Shown here: piece after piece, positions 22,606 to 33,270 of the stretch
Layout: every line of letters begins with the position of its first letter
Position numbering within the stretch: position 1 is the first letter of the stretch
From: Planctomycetota bacterium
GTDB taxonomy: Bacteria; Planctomycetota; PLA2; JAEUHO01
Reading direction: 5' to 3'
NCBI GenBank assembly: GCA_050248855.1
Contig: JBFWRP010000001.1
Coordinates: forward strand, 192,001-256,000
DNA length: 64,000 bases
The notes under the pieces: generated by a model
Told to the model about the DNA's origin: nothing
The model's database searches: none
Seen by the model: only the letters and a program-made list of their open reading frames with translations
Program-made: the position numbers and the translations under genes

Positions 22606-23522
22606 CGCTTCAGGCCTCGAAGCTCGCGCATGCGGAAGAAGGCCAGCAGCGACTGGGCAACGTGGTCGCGCTGCTGCAGGCGGGGCACGAGGAGATCGAG
22701 GCGATCCACCCCGGCGCGCGCCAGCGCCTCGGTCGTGCGCGCGTCCCACGCGCGGCGTCGCTCGTCCCACGCGCGGCGCGTAGGCGCATGCGAGGTATCG
22801 ACGAGTCGCTCGCGGCCTCCCTCCGGATCGCGCACGCGGAGGAGGCCCGCCCGCGGCAGGTCCGTCTCGGGGACGATCACGCGGACTGCGATCACGTCGT
22901 GGCGGCGTGCCGCCAGCGACATCGCCGCCGCCCAGTCCTCGTCCTGGAAGTCGGAGATCACGAACACGACGGCGTGACGCCGCACGACCCGACGAACGCG
23001 ATCCAGCGCCTCGGCCAGTCCGCCGCGACCGGCCTCTCCCCGGAGCACGAGACCGTCGCGCACGATGCGCATGGCGTGGCCCGGCCCCCGGCGCGGCGGC
23101 ACGAACGCGTCGACGCCGCGGCTGAAGGCGACGAGACCGACGCGATCGCCCGCCCGCACCGCGTTCATGGCGAGGCAGGCCACGACGCGCGCCGCGCTGT
23201 CCCGCGCACGGTAGGCCCCCCATCCGCCGCCCATGGACGGCGAGACGTCCAGCACGAAGACCACCGCGAGGTCGCGCTCGTCCGTCATGGTCTTGACGAA
23301 GGGACGCCCCATGCGCGCCGTGACGTTCCAGTCGACCAGCCGGGGATCGTCGCCCGGGTCGTACTCGCGCACCGTGTCCGGCTCGATGCCCGCACCGCGG
23401 AACACGGAGCGATACCCACCGGCCAGCGCGCCCGAGGCCAGGCGGCGGGCCTGCACCTCGATGCGACGGACCTCGGCCAGGAGCTCGGCGAGTTCGGCGT
23501 CGGAGTCCGTGACGTCGGGCAT
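22602..23522 (-). CDS. DUF58 protein (MoxR-associated, VWA-like)
   Basis: YRSVFRGAGIE..VREYDPGDD.R.VDWNVTAR, LDVSPSM and ISDF. Confidence 0.92.
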   Translation of the reverse strand: MPDVTDSDAELAELLAEVRRIEVQARRLASGALAGGYRSVFRGAGIEPDTVREYDPGDDPRLVDWNVTARMGRPFVKTMTDERDLAVVFVLDVSPSMGGGWGAYRARDSAARVVACLAMNAVRAGDRVGLVAFSRGVDAFVPPRRGPGHAMRIVRDGLVLRGEAGRGGLAEALDRVRRVVRRHAVVFVISDFQDEDWAAAMSLAARRHDVIAVRVIVPETDLPRAGLLRVRDPEGGRERLVDTSHAPTRRAWDERRRAWDARTTEALARAGVDRLDLLVPRLQQRDHVAQSLLAFFRMRELRGLKR

Positions 23523-23554
23523 CGGGATCGGCGCCCCGCGGGGGCCTCGCTCCT

Positions 23555-24550
23555 TCAGGGAATCGGCACGTGGTCGAACAGGCGCGTCACGACATCCTCG
23601 CCCGTGACGCCCTCCGCCTCGGCCTCGTACGTGGTGAGCACGCGATGGCGCAGCACCTCCAGCCCGACGGCCTTCACGTCCTGGGGCGAGACGTAGGTCC
23701 GACCATCGAGGAAGGCCCGCGCCCGCGCTGCGCGCACGAGCGCGATGCCGGCGCGCGGCGAGGCGCCGTAGAGGATCAGGGGCTTGAGCTCGGCCAGGCC
23801 CGCGGCGGAGGGATCACGGCTGGCGACGAGCAGGTCCGTGACGTACGTCAGCAAGCGGTCGTCGACGTAGACGTCGTCCAGCACGGCACGGGCCGCCAGG
23901 ACGTCGGCGGGCGTGGCGACGGGCGAGGCCTTGGGCGTGCGCGTCACGTCCATCATGCGCCGCAGCACCTGGTGCTCGTCCTCGCGGCTCGGGTAGGTGA
24001 CCACGACCTTCAGCAGGAAGCGGTCGATCTGCGCCTCGGGCAGCGGGTAGGTGCCCTCCAGCTCCACGGGGTTCTGCGTGGCCAGGACGAGGAACGGTGA
24101 CGGCAGCTGATGCGTCTCGCCGGCCAGCGTGACCGTGCGCTCCTGCATGGCCTCGAGCAGGGCCGACTGCACCTTGGCCGGGGCACGGTTGATCTCGTCG
24201 GCCAGCACGATTTGCGCGAACACGGGCCCCTCGCGCACGGCCCACGTGCCGCTCGCCGGTTGGAAGACCTGGGTGCCGAGCAGGTCGCTGGGCAGCAGAT
24301 CGGGCGTGAACTGGATGCGGCGATGCGAGCAGCCCAGCGCCGACGCCAAGGTCGACACGGTCAACGACTTCGCCAACCCCGGCAGACCCTCGAGCAGCAC
24401 GTGGCCGTCGGCCAAGAGGCCCAGGAGCAACGACTCCACGAGGTCGCGCTGGCCTACGACGACACGCTCCACCTCGTCGACGACGCGACCGAGGAAGGCC
24501 CCGGCTTCGGCGACGCGGCCCTCGAGGGCCTCCATGTCCACCGACGTCAC
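23555..24550 (-). CDS. moxR: MoxR family AAA+ ATPase
   Basis: HVLLEGLPGLAKS, RIQFTPDLLPSD, LADEINRAPAKVQSALLEAM and ATQNPVE.EGTYPLPEAQ.DRF. Confidence 0.95.
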   Translation of the reverse strand: MTSVDMEALEGRVAEAGAFLGRVVDEVERVVVGQRDLVESLLLGLLADGHVLLEGLPGLAKSLTVSTLASALGCSHRRIQFTPDLLPSDLLGTQVFQPASGTWAVREGPVFAQIVLADEINRAPAKVQSALLEAMQERTVTLAGETHQLPSPFLVLATQNPVELEGTYPLPEAQIDRFLLKVVVTYPSREDEHQVLRRMMDVTRTPKASPVATPADVLAARAVLDDVYVDDRLLTYVTDLLVASRDPSAAGLAELKPLILYGASPRAGIALVRAARARAFLDGRTYVSPQDVKAVGLEVLRHRVLTTYEAEAEGVTGEDVVTRLFDHVPIP

Positions 24551-26853
24551 GGACGGTCGAACCGCAGGAGCTCGGGGTCGATCGTGTCGAGTGCCTTGTC
24601 CAGGCGCTTGACGTCCTCGGCCCGGGACGCCGCGTCCAGCCGCGCACGCAGCATCTGGGCCGTCTCGCCCGGTGTGATGCCCATCCCGTCGCGCGTGCCG
24701 GCCGTGTCCGGCCCGCGAGCGAACGAGGCCAGGATCGCCTCGAGCGCCGCGCTGTCGTCGTCGGCCTGCAGGGCCACGCGGGCCTTGGCAGCCAGCGCCA
24801 GGGCGACACGGTCGTCCACGTCGTCCTGCGTCTCGGGCCAGCGTGCGGCCGTGGCCTCGAAGTGCACGATGGCCCGGTCGTAGGCCTTGATCGCCTCGGA
24901 GAACCAGCTCCCGCGGCGCCACTGCTCGGCGGCCTCGACCTCGGCGAGACCGGCGAACCAGTGCATCGCGTCGGCGTCCGCTTCGCGCGCCATCAGGTCG
25001 CGGGCCAGCTTCTCCAGGCCATCGGCGCCGCCCCGCGTCTTGGCGATGGTGCGCCAACGCTCGTGCAGCAGGGCCGAGGTCGGAAAGCGCTCGAGGCCCG
25101 CTTGGAGTGCGGCCTGGACGTGCCGATCTGCGCCCAGCCACGTCAGCAGGTCGACGTGCCACGCCAGCTGCGTGTCGGTCCCCAGGGGATGCGCACGCAG
25201 GATGCCGTACGCGGCGTTCAGATCCGCGATCCACACCGGCGGGAAGCGCTCCTTCGCCATCACGGCGGCCTTGATCTGCTTGTAGCGGCCCTCGGCGAAC
25301 ACCTGGGCGATGGCCATGGACAGGTAGGTCGTGTCGCCGACCGGGATCTCGGCCATGGCGCGGGTCGCGCGCTCGTAGGCGGTCTCCTTCTCGGCGAGGT
25401 GGTAGGCGGCGAGCGCGATCACGGCGTCGGTCCGCCAGCCCTTGGCGCCGAGGCCCTCGGCCTCGCGGCCCGTGGAGAGGGCTTCTTCGAACAGCGACTT
25501 CGCCCAGCGCTCCGCCTCGCGCTCGGTCCGCGTGCGGACGTAGGGCGACTCCAGGGCCTGCTGCAACAGCGACGCGGCCAGCTCGATGCGGACGCCCGGG
25601 TCCTCGGGGTTCTCCCGAACGGCCTTGGCCTTGCGCTCGGCGTGGGCCACGAGGCTTGCGTCCTCCAGCACGATCGTCGGCGCGGGGTAGCTGGCGCCGC
25701 CCAGGGCGTCGGCCCAGGCATCGGCGTCGACCGCGTCGCTCTTGACGTCGAGACCGCGATGCACGACGGCCAGCCAGCGGGCCAGGGTGCTCGACGACGC
25801 GAGCCGATCCAACGCGGCGACGAGCTGCTCGCGATCCGCTGCCTCGAGCGGCGCCTTCAGCGCCTCCGCCAGGGCATCGACGGCCGCCGGCGCCTCCATG
25901 GCGGCCAGCGCCGCACGCGCCAAGCGGGCTTGCTCCGGGTCGAGGCTGGCCAGGCCCTCGCGCACGAGGCCCAGCTGCGCCGCGTCGGCGTGCTTCCTGG
26001 CGGCCTCGAGCAGCGCCTTGCGCGTGTCGGCGTCGCCCTGGCGGAAGGCGGCTTCGACGGCGTTGCGGTCCTCGGCGGCGCGACTGGCCACGCGTTCCAG
26101 GACGGGTCGGTCGCCGCGGATGATCACGGGCTTCTCGACGTCCTCGTCCGGCACGCGCTCGCGGATCGCGGCGAACACCGAGGCGGTGTCATTGGCGTAG
26201 TAGGCGTCGTAGACCTCGTTGCCCTCGAGGTCCACCGCGATGTGGCGCGGCGCGATGCGCCGCCCGTCGCAGAAGCGCTCGAAGAGATAGGGCTCGATCG
26301 CGATGTGCTCCCCGCACGTCACGCTGCCAAAGCGCGGGCAGAGGATGCGCCGGCCCTGCTCGTCGAAGTCCTTCGGGTTGTGGCGGTACACGGAGGCGAT
26401 GACGCACACGTACTTCTCGTACAGCGCCGCGATCTCCGGCTGGCGGTAGCGGATGCCGGCGTAGTGCTCGCTGGCGATCTCGCCGTCCATGTTGATGCAG
26501 ACGAGGATGGGCTTCTTCGTCTCCTGGCTGACGGCGACCGCGTCCTCCCACGTGCGCTCGAACGGGATGAGGACGGGCTTGGCCCAGTCCTCGGCCGTGG
26601 GTGCGGGCCACATCATCTCGCGGGCGCTGCCTCGCGGAGGCGTGCGCGGTCCGCCCACGTCGTTCGGAGCCGTGGAGCCGCGCGGGTCGGCCCGCTGCGG
26701 GTCCGTCTCGGGGGCAGGTGCGGGCGCCGGCGTCGGCGGGTCCTCCTCGGCGGCCACCTGCGTGGCGAGAAGGGCCGTGGTGAAGGCGAAAGCCCAGGCC
26801 GAGCGCACCAACCAGGGACGGGCGCGCCCGCGGAGCGACGTGGAGACGGTCAT
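24547..26853 (-). CDS. Exported protein: thioredoxin-like N-terminal region plus HEAT/TPR helical repeats
   Basis: Signal peptide, TWEDAVAVSQETKKPILVCIN (Thioredoxin_7-like start), Ala-rich helical repeats; stop overlaps the moxR start. Confidence 0.7.
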   Translation of the reverse strand: MTVSTSLRGRARPWLVRSAWAFAFTTALLATQVAAEEDPPTPAPAPAPETDPQRADPRGSTAPNDVGGPRTPPRGSAREMMWPAPTAEDWAKPVLIPFERTWEDAVAVSQETKKPILVCINMDGEIASEHYAGIRYRQPEIAALYEKYVCVIASVYRHNPKDFDEQGRRILCPRFGSVTCGEHIAIEPYLFERFCDGRRIAPRHIAVDLEGNEVYDAYYANDTASVFAAIRERVPDEDVEKPVIIRGDRPVLERVASRAAEDRNAVEAAFRQGDADTRKALLEAARKHADAAQLGLVREGLASLDPEQARLARAALAAMEAPAAVDALAEALKAPLEAADREQLVAALDRLASSSTLARWLAVVHRGLDVKSDAVDADAWADALGGASYPAPTIVLEDASLVAHAERKAKAVRENPEDPGVRIELAASLLQQALESPYVRTRTEREAERWAKSLFEEALSTGREAEGLGAKGWRTDAVIALAAYHLAEKETAYERATRAMAEIPVGDTTYLSMAIAQVFAEGRYKQIKAAVMAKERFPPVWIADLNAAYGILRAHPLGTDTQLAWHVDLLTWLGADRHVQAALQAGLERFPTSALLHERWRTIAKTRGGADGLEKLARDLMAREADADAMHWFAGLAEVEAAEQWRRGSWFSEAIKAYDRAIVHFEATAARWPETQDDVDDRVALALAAKARVALQADDDSAALEAILASFARGPDTAGTRDGMGITPGETAQMLRARLDAASRAEDVKRLDKALDTIDPELLRFDRP

Positions 26854-27008
26854 GGTCGTCACCTCCGCCCCCAATGGTACGGAGGCGGAGGGTGACGTGC
26901 GATGCGGGCGCGAGACCTCCGACGAGGGTGTTCCCGTCCGGTAGCCGCATGTCCCCGGGGCGACTCGCGTGGGTGATGAAGGCGAAACGGGAAGCTCGCC
27001 TGGACCTG

Positions 27009-28067
27009 TCAGCGAGGCGGGACGGCCGGTTCGTCGTCGGGCACGATCTCCTCGTCCACGAGCTCTTCGGGCTCCTCCGCCTGGTCGAACAGCGCGGCGT
27101 CGTGCAGGCCAAGGCCCCCAAGGTCCGAGCCCACGGGCGTCGAGCGGAGGCCGGCCACGCGCAGCGGCGCCAAGCCCGGCTCGAGCTCACTCTGCAGGTA
27201 CTCGCCGTTGTCGACCCGGATGTGCGGCACGAGGGGTCGGGCGCGCTGTTCGAGGGGAACGGGCCGGGACCCGAGCTGGGCCAGCTCGGCATCTTGATCG
27301 AGCCAAGCAGGGCCATGGCCTTCCAGGTAGACGCCCGCCACGCCCGCGCGAAGCGTGGCATCGATCGCGCGCAGCACGACGCCCGTCGTCAGGCCGAACG
27401 CCCGGGGAGGCGGCGTGACGAGCGTGACGACGGTGGATGCCACGCCGTCGCCCGCTTCGCCACGGAGCGCGTGATACAGCGCATCGATCGAGCTCGCCTG
27501 CCCCTCGTCGCGACCAAGGAGCGTGACCTTTCGGCGTGTTACCGACCGTGCCGCCTCGGGCTTGGGCGACAACCCACGATCCCTGGGCAAGAACACGGCC
27601 AAGGCTCCGCAGCCTGCGTCGGGCACCTCGACCGCGAACCACGTGCGCCAGATCCGGACGCGTGGGTCGGCAGCGGTCTGGAGGAGGTACGTGACGAAGG
27701 GCCAGGGAACGGACCGATCGACGTGCAGGACGAGATCCAGCGAGCTGGCCTCTCCGTCGCGCGACGGCCGGGCAGCCTCCGCCAAGGACGAGCGCAACGC
27801 GAGCAGCCCCCGCGGCGTGTCGTCGTTGCCGAGGCGGATCACGAGATCCGCATCCATCCACACGTCCAGCCTCTTCGCGGGCATGGCGCCCGCTTCCGTG
27901 ACGAGGGGCAGGGCGACCTCCCAGGGCGAGGTCTCCTCCTCGCCCGCCACGGCCTCCCGCGAGAGATCCCCGCCGGATCGTGTCGCCGCCACGACCGCCA
28001 GCGCGGCGAGGGCACACACGGCCGCCACGCGGCCCGACATCGCCAGGTTCGGATACGTCCTGCGCAT
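27009..28067 (-). CDS. Hypothetical membrane-anchored protein with ExbD-like segment
   Basis: N-terminal TM; VALP and LVLHVDRSVPWPFVTYLLQ resemble ExbD/TolR; GGAGG RBS. Confidence 0.5.
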   Translation of the reverse strand: MRRTYPNLAMSGRVAAVCALAALAVVAATRSGGDLSREAVAGEEETSPWEVALPLVTEAGAMPAKRLDVWMDADLVIRLGNDDTPRGLLALRSSLAEAARPSRDGEASSLDLVLHVDRSVPWPFVTYLLQTAADPRVRIWRTWFAVEVPDAGCGALAVFLPRDRGLSPKPEAARSVTRRKVTLLGRDEGQASSIDALYHALRGEAGDGVASTVVTLVTPPPRAFGLTTGVVLRAIDATLRAGVAGVYLEGHGPAWLDQDAELAQLGSRPVPLEQRARPLVPHIRVDNGEYLQSELEPGLAPLRVAGLRSTPVGSDLGGLGLHDAALFDQAEEPEELVDEEIVPDDEPAVPPR

Positions 28068-28146
28068 GGCAGTCCTCCGCGCATCGGGTCGGACGCGCCG
28101 GGCATGATGCCATGCGGCCCGCGTGAATGCACGCAGGCGGGCTTCC

Positions 28147-29331
28147 TCAGCCCTTCCCGCCGACCCCCACCTCGTCGACGAAGGCCCAGACCTGGTCCAC
28201 GCAGGGGATGTGGCCCACGCCTTCGAGCATCGTGCGCCGCACGTTGGTGAAGCCGGCTTCCTTCAAGGCCTCCATGGCCTGGTCGGTCTGCTCCTCGATG
28301 CCGGGTGGCGTCTTGCCGTGCGTCAGGTCGCGGTGCGGGTCCAGGGCCCCCGTGAAGATCTGCACCGGGGGACCGCCGTCCTTGGGCTTCACGTCGCCGC
28401 CCGACATCGAGGGCAGGAAGTTGGGGCAGGCGGGCGCGGCTGCGGCCACGCGGTCCGGGTGGCGCAAGAGGAAGCCGTAGCAGAGGAGACCGCCGCCGGA
28501 GAAGCCGGTGATCGCGACGCGCTCCTGCGCACCGAAGTGCGCACGCAGGAAGTCGAGCATGGCGAGAAGCCCCGGCACGTCGAACCCGAGCCGGTTCCCG
28601 TCCCAACGATCGACGAGGGCCTTGTCGTACGCCGGGAACTTGGCGAGGTCGATCGCATTGGAGCAGGACAGCGCGTGCGGCGAGACGGTGATGAAGGGAC
28701 GACTGCCGCGTCCGTTGCGGAAGGCGTTGGCGTTGCCCAGGAAGCCGGCACCGGCGCCCTCCACGGAGACGAGGACGGGATAGGACCCGCCCGGCTTCCA
28801 CGAGGAGGGCAACGAGACGTAGGCGACGGCCTCGTGCTCCGCGGTCGAGAACAGCACGGGCTTCTTCTTGGCCTCGTCGGCGATCTTCTTGAGCCGCGAC
28901 GTGCTGGGGTCGAGCACGAGGGCCTGCACGAGCGCTTGGCTACGCCGGGGATCGTTCTCCTCCTTGGCCAGCACCTTGGCCAGTCGGTCGTAGGCCTTGG
29001 CGGCATCGGCACGACCATCGCGGATCCGCTCGAGCAGCTTGGCATCCGTGGTGGCCTCTCCATCCGGAAGCGCCTCGACACGCGCGGCGAGCGCCGCCAG
29101 CTCCTTGGCATCGTGCTCTTCTCGTCGCGCGCGGGCCAAGGCGTCGCGCGCCTCCGGTCCCGCGCCGTGCTCGGCCAGGTCCGAAGCGAGGTCGCGCCAT
29201 ACGGCGGCGATCTTCGCCTTCGCGGAGGCGACCGCCTTCTCCAAGCGTGCGTCCTCGGCACGAACGGTGGAGCTGGCAACAAGGAGGACGGTGCCGAGGA
29301 CCACACCCAGATGGCGACGCGGAATCAGCAT
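28147..29331 (-). CDS. Exported alpha/beta-hydrolase (esterase-like)
   Basis: Signal peptide; YVSLP..YPVLV, nucleophile elbow GFSGGG, GALD and GVGH. Confidence 0.8.
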   Translation of the reverse strand: MLIPRRHLGVVLGTVLLVASSTVRAEDARLEKAVASAKAKIAAVWRDLASDLAEHGAGPEARDALARARREEHDAKELAALAARVEALPDGEATTDAKLLERIRDGRADAAKAYDRLAKVLAKEENDPRRSQALVQALVLDPSTSRLKKIADEAKKKPVLFSTAEHEAVAYVSLPSSWKPGGSYPVLVSVEGAGAGFLGNANAFRNGRGSRPFITVSPHALSCSNAIDLAKFPAYDKALVDRWDGNRLGFDVPGLLAMLDFLRAHFGAQERVAITGFSGGGLLCYGFLLRHPDRVAAAAPACPNFLPSMSGGDVKPKDGGPPVQIFTGALDPHRDLTHGKTPPGIEEQTDQAMEALKEAGFTNVRRTMLEGVGHIPCVDQVWAFVDEVGVGGKG

Positions 29332-29391
29332 GCGGCCCAGGGTACCGGCGGGCTCGCGCGCGAACACGGGACCACGTAGACTCCGCCCCCC

Positions 29392-32223
29392 GTGCCGCGC
29401 CTCCTTGCCCCCTGCCTGGTCGTGCTGGTGACCCTCGTAGGAGCGCTTGGTCGAGGTGCGCACGGTGAGGACGGCGAGGTCGTGACCGCCCACCTGGCGC
29501 TCGAGCCCGACCTCCTGGCCAGCACGGGCGCGGGTCGCATCCCCTTCCGCACGGAGGCGATTCCCGGGGTCGAGATGCCCGGGGAGGCCCCCGCCGACGC
29601 GCTGATCTCGAAGATCCGCATGGCGTCGTCCAGAGGGCTGCTCGTGGCGATGGCGGTCGATCCCGACAGCCCGCGCCTCTGGGTCGACCGCGACATGGAC
29701 GGGAGCCTCGCCGACGAACGTCCGCTCTGGCCCCGTCCGCCGTCCCCGGGTGCGACGGCGAGCGTCCTCGTCGAGATCCTGGCACCGTACGAGGGCGAGG
29801 CCGATCCACAGCCCGTGGGCTTGCGTTTGACGTGGCTGCCGCAGAACGCCCCCGAGCACGTGACCTGCCAAGCGCAGGTGCATCGCCGGGGAACGGTCGT
29901 GTTGGGCGGTCGCCTGCGCCCCGTGGCCATCTCGGACGGCTCCTTCGACGCGGCGTTCGACGACAAGCGTGACCAGCTCTGGCTGGACATCGACGGCGAT
30001 GGACAGATCCGGACCACCGGCACCGATCCCGAGCACATCCCGCGCGACGAGCCGTTCCGGATCGCGGACGAGGGATGGATCGCCACGGTGCCCGGCCGTA
30101 GCGGACGTGCGATCGAGTTCCGCCGCAGCGCCACCGTGCCGCCCGCGCCGGCATCCACGTGGTCGAACGTGTCGTTCGCCAAGGCGGGTCAGGCCCCAGC
30201 AGCTCCCACCGAGGCGTTCGCGGACGTGAAGAAGCGCCTCGACGACGAGCGCTCCCAGCCCTACGCCCAGCGCTACGCGACCATCAACGTGCTGGGCCGA
30301 TTCGGCACGGAGGAGGCCGCGGACCTGCTCTGGTCGCTCGTGCAGAAGGACAAGGACGAGGCGGTGCGCGGCGCCGCGCTCCGTGCGCTGTCCCACCCGG
30401 CGTACCTGGAGGGCTACGGCAAGCACGTCCTGGGCCTTGCGAAGAAGGGCAAGGGCACGATCGGTGCGGCCGCGCTCCAGTCGCTGTACGGCATGGGCCA
30501 CCCCGAGCGCCGCAAGCTCTACCTCGCGGCGCTCGAGGACGCGGACGCGTCGATGGTCTCGACCGCGGCGCGCCACCTGGCCTACGAGCCCGACGACACG
30601 CTGCCCGGGTTGTTCGCCAAGGCCATCGACAAGGCGCCGACCCCCGCCTTGGCCTACCAGGTGTACAGCGGAGGCATCCGCAACCTCGCGACGCCCCCCG
30701 CCATCGCCGATCTGCTGCGCTGGAGCGAGATCGAGTACCCGCTGCTCCAGGGCCAGATCCTCGAGGACCTGGGCAAGCTCCAGTCGGAGGACGCCATCGG
30801 GGTCGCCCATCGGCTGGCGAAGCGCCCCGTCGCGTCCACCCAGGCCGCCGAGGCCCTCGTCCGGGCGCTCGGTCGCCGCAGCGACGGCGCCTCGGTGGAG
30901 GCGCTGATCGAGCTGTTCCAGCAGGGCGGCACCACGCCCGCCGTCACGTCGCAGGTTCGCACGACCGTCTTGGAGGAGCTCAGGCGCCTGCGCGGGCCTG
31001 CGGCCAAGAGGGCCTTGTTGGCAGCGCTCGACGCCAAGCTCGCCGATGCGCGGCTGGCGGCGGCCTCGGTGCTCGGCGGGTTCCTCGACCCCGACGTGAC
31101 CGATGCGCTGCTCGTCCGCGCCAAGAAGGAGAAGGACGAGGCCGCCTTGTCCGCCGTGCTCGTCGCCCTCGGGGATCACGGGGATCCGCGGGCCGTACCC
31201 CTGTTGCTCGCGCGCGCGAAGGCCCGCAAGGGCGATGATGTCCGCAGCGCCGCGGTGCGGGCGCTCGGCCGCCTGGGCTTCCACGTCGAGAACGTGCGGC
31301 CGTTCCTGGTGAAGCTGCTCGACGCCAAGGACGACCAAGACCGGATCGTGGCGCTCGACGCGGCGGCGTTCGCCAAGGACGACTCCTTGTTCGATGCGAT
31401 CGTCCCCAGCTTGGGCCACGACGCGTGGGCCGTGCGCCTCGCGGCCATCGATGCCCTGGCCGCCCCGCGCGTGGTTGCAGCCATCGAGCCGTTGATTGCG
31501 CGCTTGGACGTCGAGGAGACGCCGCGCGTCCGGGACGCGTTGGCCTCCGCGCTCTTCGACTTGACGGGGCAGTCTTTCTACGACGACGCCGCGGTCTGGC
31601 GGCGTTGGTGGGAAGGTGCGCGCGAGGGCTTCCAGGTGCCCGCCGAGCGGCCCCAGCCCCCGGACGAGCATGTCGGCGGTACCCAAGCCGGCTTCTTCGG
31701 GCTGCCCATCAAGAGCGAGCGCGTCGTCTTCGTGGTGGACCAGTCCGGCTCGATGAGCGCCGAGATGGGCGAGCCTGATGACGACGGCAAGCGCAAGAAT
31801 CGCCTCGACATGGCCATCGCGGAGGTACTGCAGGCCACGGCCCGCATGGCGCCGCGCGGGCACGTCAACGTGATCCTCTTCGACACCACGATCCGCCCGT
31901 GGGAGGACGATCTGCAGCGACTCGACAAGAAGAACGCCAACGCCCTACGCGCCCATCTCGAGAAGCAACGGCCCATGGGTGGAACCAACATCTACGACGC
32001 GCTGGAAGCGGCGCTGCGCACGCCCGAGGTCGACAGCGTGTTCCTCCTGTCCGACGGCGTGCCGGGGGCCGGCAAGTACGTCACGACGCCTGACATCCTC
32101 CAAGCCGTGCGCCGCGAGAACCAGACGCGCCGCATCGCCATCCACACGGTCAGCCTCGGCATGGAGAGCGAGCTGCTCCGGCGCCTGGCTCAGGAGAACG
32201 CCGGCCGCTACGTACGGCGGTAG
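29392..32223 (+). CDS. Exported HEAT-repeat protein with C-terminal VWA domain
   Basis: Signal peptide, multiple HEAT repeats, FFGLPI..VVFVVDQSGSM, GGTNIYDAL and LLSDGVP. Confidence 0.88.
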   Translation: MPRLLAPCLVVLVTLVGALGRGAHGEDGEVVTAHLALEPDLLASTGAGRIPFRTEAIPGVEMPGEAPADALISKIRMASSRGLLVAMAVDPDSPRLWVDRDMDGSLADERPLWPRPPSPGATASVLVEILAPYEGEADPQPVGLRLTWLPQNAPEHVTCQAQVHRRGTVVLGGRLRPVAISDGSFDAAFDDKRDQLWLDIDGDGQIRTTGTDPEHIPRDEPFRIADEGWIATVPGRSGRAIEFRRSATVPPAPASTWSNVSFAKAGQAPAAPTEAFADVKKRLDDERSQPYAQRYATINVLGRFGTEEAADLLWSLVQKDKDEAVRGAALRALSHPAYLEGYGKHVLGLAKKGKGTIGAAALQSLYGMGHPERRKLYLAALEDADASMVSTAARHLAYEPDDTLPGLFAKAIDKAPTPALAYQVYSGGIRNLATPPAIADLLRWSEIEYPLLQGQILEDLGKLQSEDAIGVAHRLAKRPVASTQAAEALVRALGRRSDGASVEALIELFQQGGTTPAVTSQVRTTVLEELRRLRGPAAKRALLAALDAKLADARLAAASVLGGFLDPDVTDALLVRAKKEKDEAALSAVLVALGDHGDPRAVPLLLARAKARKGDDVRSAAVRALGRLGFHVENVRPFLVKLLDAKDDQDRIVALDAAAFAKDDSLFDAIVPSLGHDAWAVRLAAIDALAAPRVVAAIEPLIARLDVEETPRVRDALASALFDLTGQSFYDDAAVWRRWWEGAREGFQVPAERPQPPDEHVGGTQAGFFGLPIKSERVVFVVDQSGSMSAEMGEPDDDGKRKNRLDMAIAEVLQATARMAPRGHVNVILFDTTIRPWEDDLQRLDKKNANALRAHLEKQRPMGGTNIYDALEAALRTPEVDSVFLLSDGVPGAGKYVTTPDILQAVRRENQTRRIAIHTVSLGMESELLRRLAQENAGRYVRR

Positions 32224-32239
32224 CACGTGACCCCGAACG

Positions 32240-32337
32240 GTACGGAGGCGGGGATTTCTTCCGCAACTTGCCGCCCTGCGCTTTGGCATGCGGAAGTGCC
32301 CATCGGCAAGTTGCGGAAGAATTCCCCGCCTCCGTAC
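32240..32337. repeat. REP/REPIN-like element, copy 2 (34-bp inverted arms)
   Basis: Arms at 32240-32273 and 32304-32337 pair at 33 of 34 positions; lies between convergent genes. Confidence 0.9.
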
Positions 32338-32414
32338 GGGCTTTGCCGTCGGCATGACGAGCTGACACGCAGGGGGCGCCCTTCGATCGCCGGCGGACGT
32401 CGCACTCCCCTGCG

Positions 32415-32897
32415 TCAGCTCACCTCGACGTCCGAGGGATCGACATCGCGGATGTTCGGGCTGCGCTGCTTCGGTGGAGCCGACGCGAACGGATCGGTCG
32501 GGAACCGGATCTGGTCCATCGAGCGCATGGCGCGGCCCTGGAGGCGCCTGACGAGCAGGCGCGCGAAGGCGCGGCGCGGGCCCGGGACGAGCAGGAGCAG
32601 GCCCAGGGCATCCGTGAGGAACCCGGGCACCATGAGGAGCACGCCCGCGGCGACGAGGGCCAGGGGGTCGGCGCCGGGCTGGGCCGGGGCGGCCCCGAGC
32701 GAGCCCATGATGCGATCGAGCATCGGGGTCGAGGCGAGGCGCCGACGCCCCAGGCGCACGAGCCCGTAGCCGACCAACGCCGTGAGGCCGAGCCAGCCGA
32801 ACACCAGCCCGCCGCCCGCATGGCTCCCCGCGAACAGCAGCAAGAAGAGCTCGGCCACCGGGAGGAGCAGGACGAGCAAGGCAAGCGGGCGCGACAC
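32415..32897 (-). CDS. fxsA: FxsA family membrane protein
   Basis: LPVAELFLL, TALVGYGLVR and AGVLLMVPGFLTDALGLLLLVP. Confidence 0.88.
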   Translation of the reverse strand: MSRPLALLVLLLPVAELFLLLFAGSHAGGGLVFGWLGLTALVGYGLVRLGRRRLASTPMLDRIMGSLGAAPAQPGADPLALVAAGVLLMVPGFLTDALGLLLLVPGPRRAFARLLVRRLQGRAMRSMDQIRFPTDPFASAPPKQRSPNIRDVDPSDVEVS

Positions 32898-32955
32898 GAC
32901 AGGTGAGGCTACCCTGGAGGGCAAGCCCGGGGGATGTGGGCAGGGGGGGGAGATC

Positions 32956-33189
32956 ATGACCGAGGTGTTCCGACTCACGCGCGAGGACATCCGCTTGGAC
33001 GCCCTGCTGAAGGAGGCGCGCCTCGCTTCGTCGGGTGGCGAGGCGAAGGCCATGATCCAGGCCGGTCACGTGCTCGTGGACGGGGCCGTCGAGACGCGAC
33101 GCAGCACGCGCCTGCGGCCTGGCATGACCGTCCGCATCGGCCCGCGCGAGCTTCGCTTGGCCGGTCCCCCGACCTCGCTCGCGCCCTGA
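32956..33189 (+). CDS. Small S4 RNA-binding protein (YaaA/YbcJ-like)
   Basis: IRLDALLK..SGGEAKAMIQAGHVLVDG.VETRR..LRPG. Confidence 0.9.
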   Translation: MTEVFRLTREDIRLDALLKEARLASSGGEAKAMIQAGHVLVDGAVETRRSTRLRPGMTVRIGPRELRLAGPPTSLAP

Positions 33190-33270
33190 AGTCTCCAACA
33201 CCGCACGGCGCTCGCGACGGAAAGGTCCCGAGGCGACCGACGGCGTACAACGGCGCCTCCAAGGAGCCCC

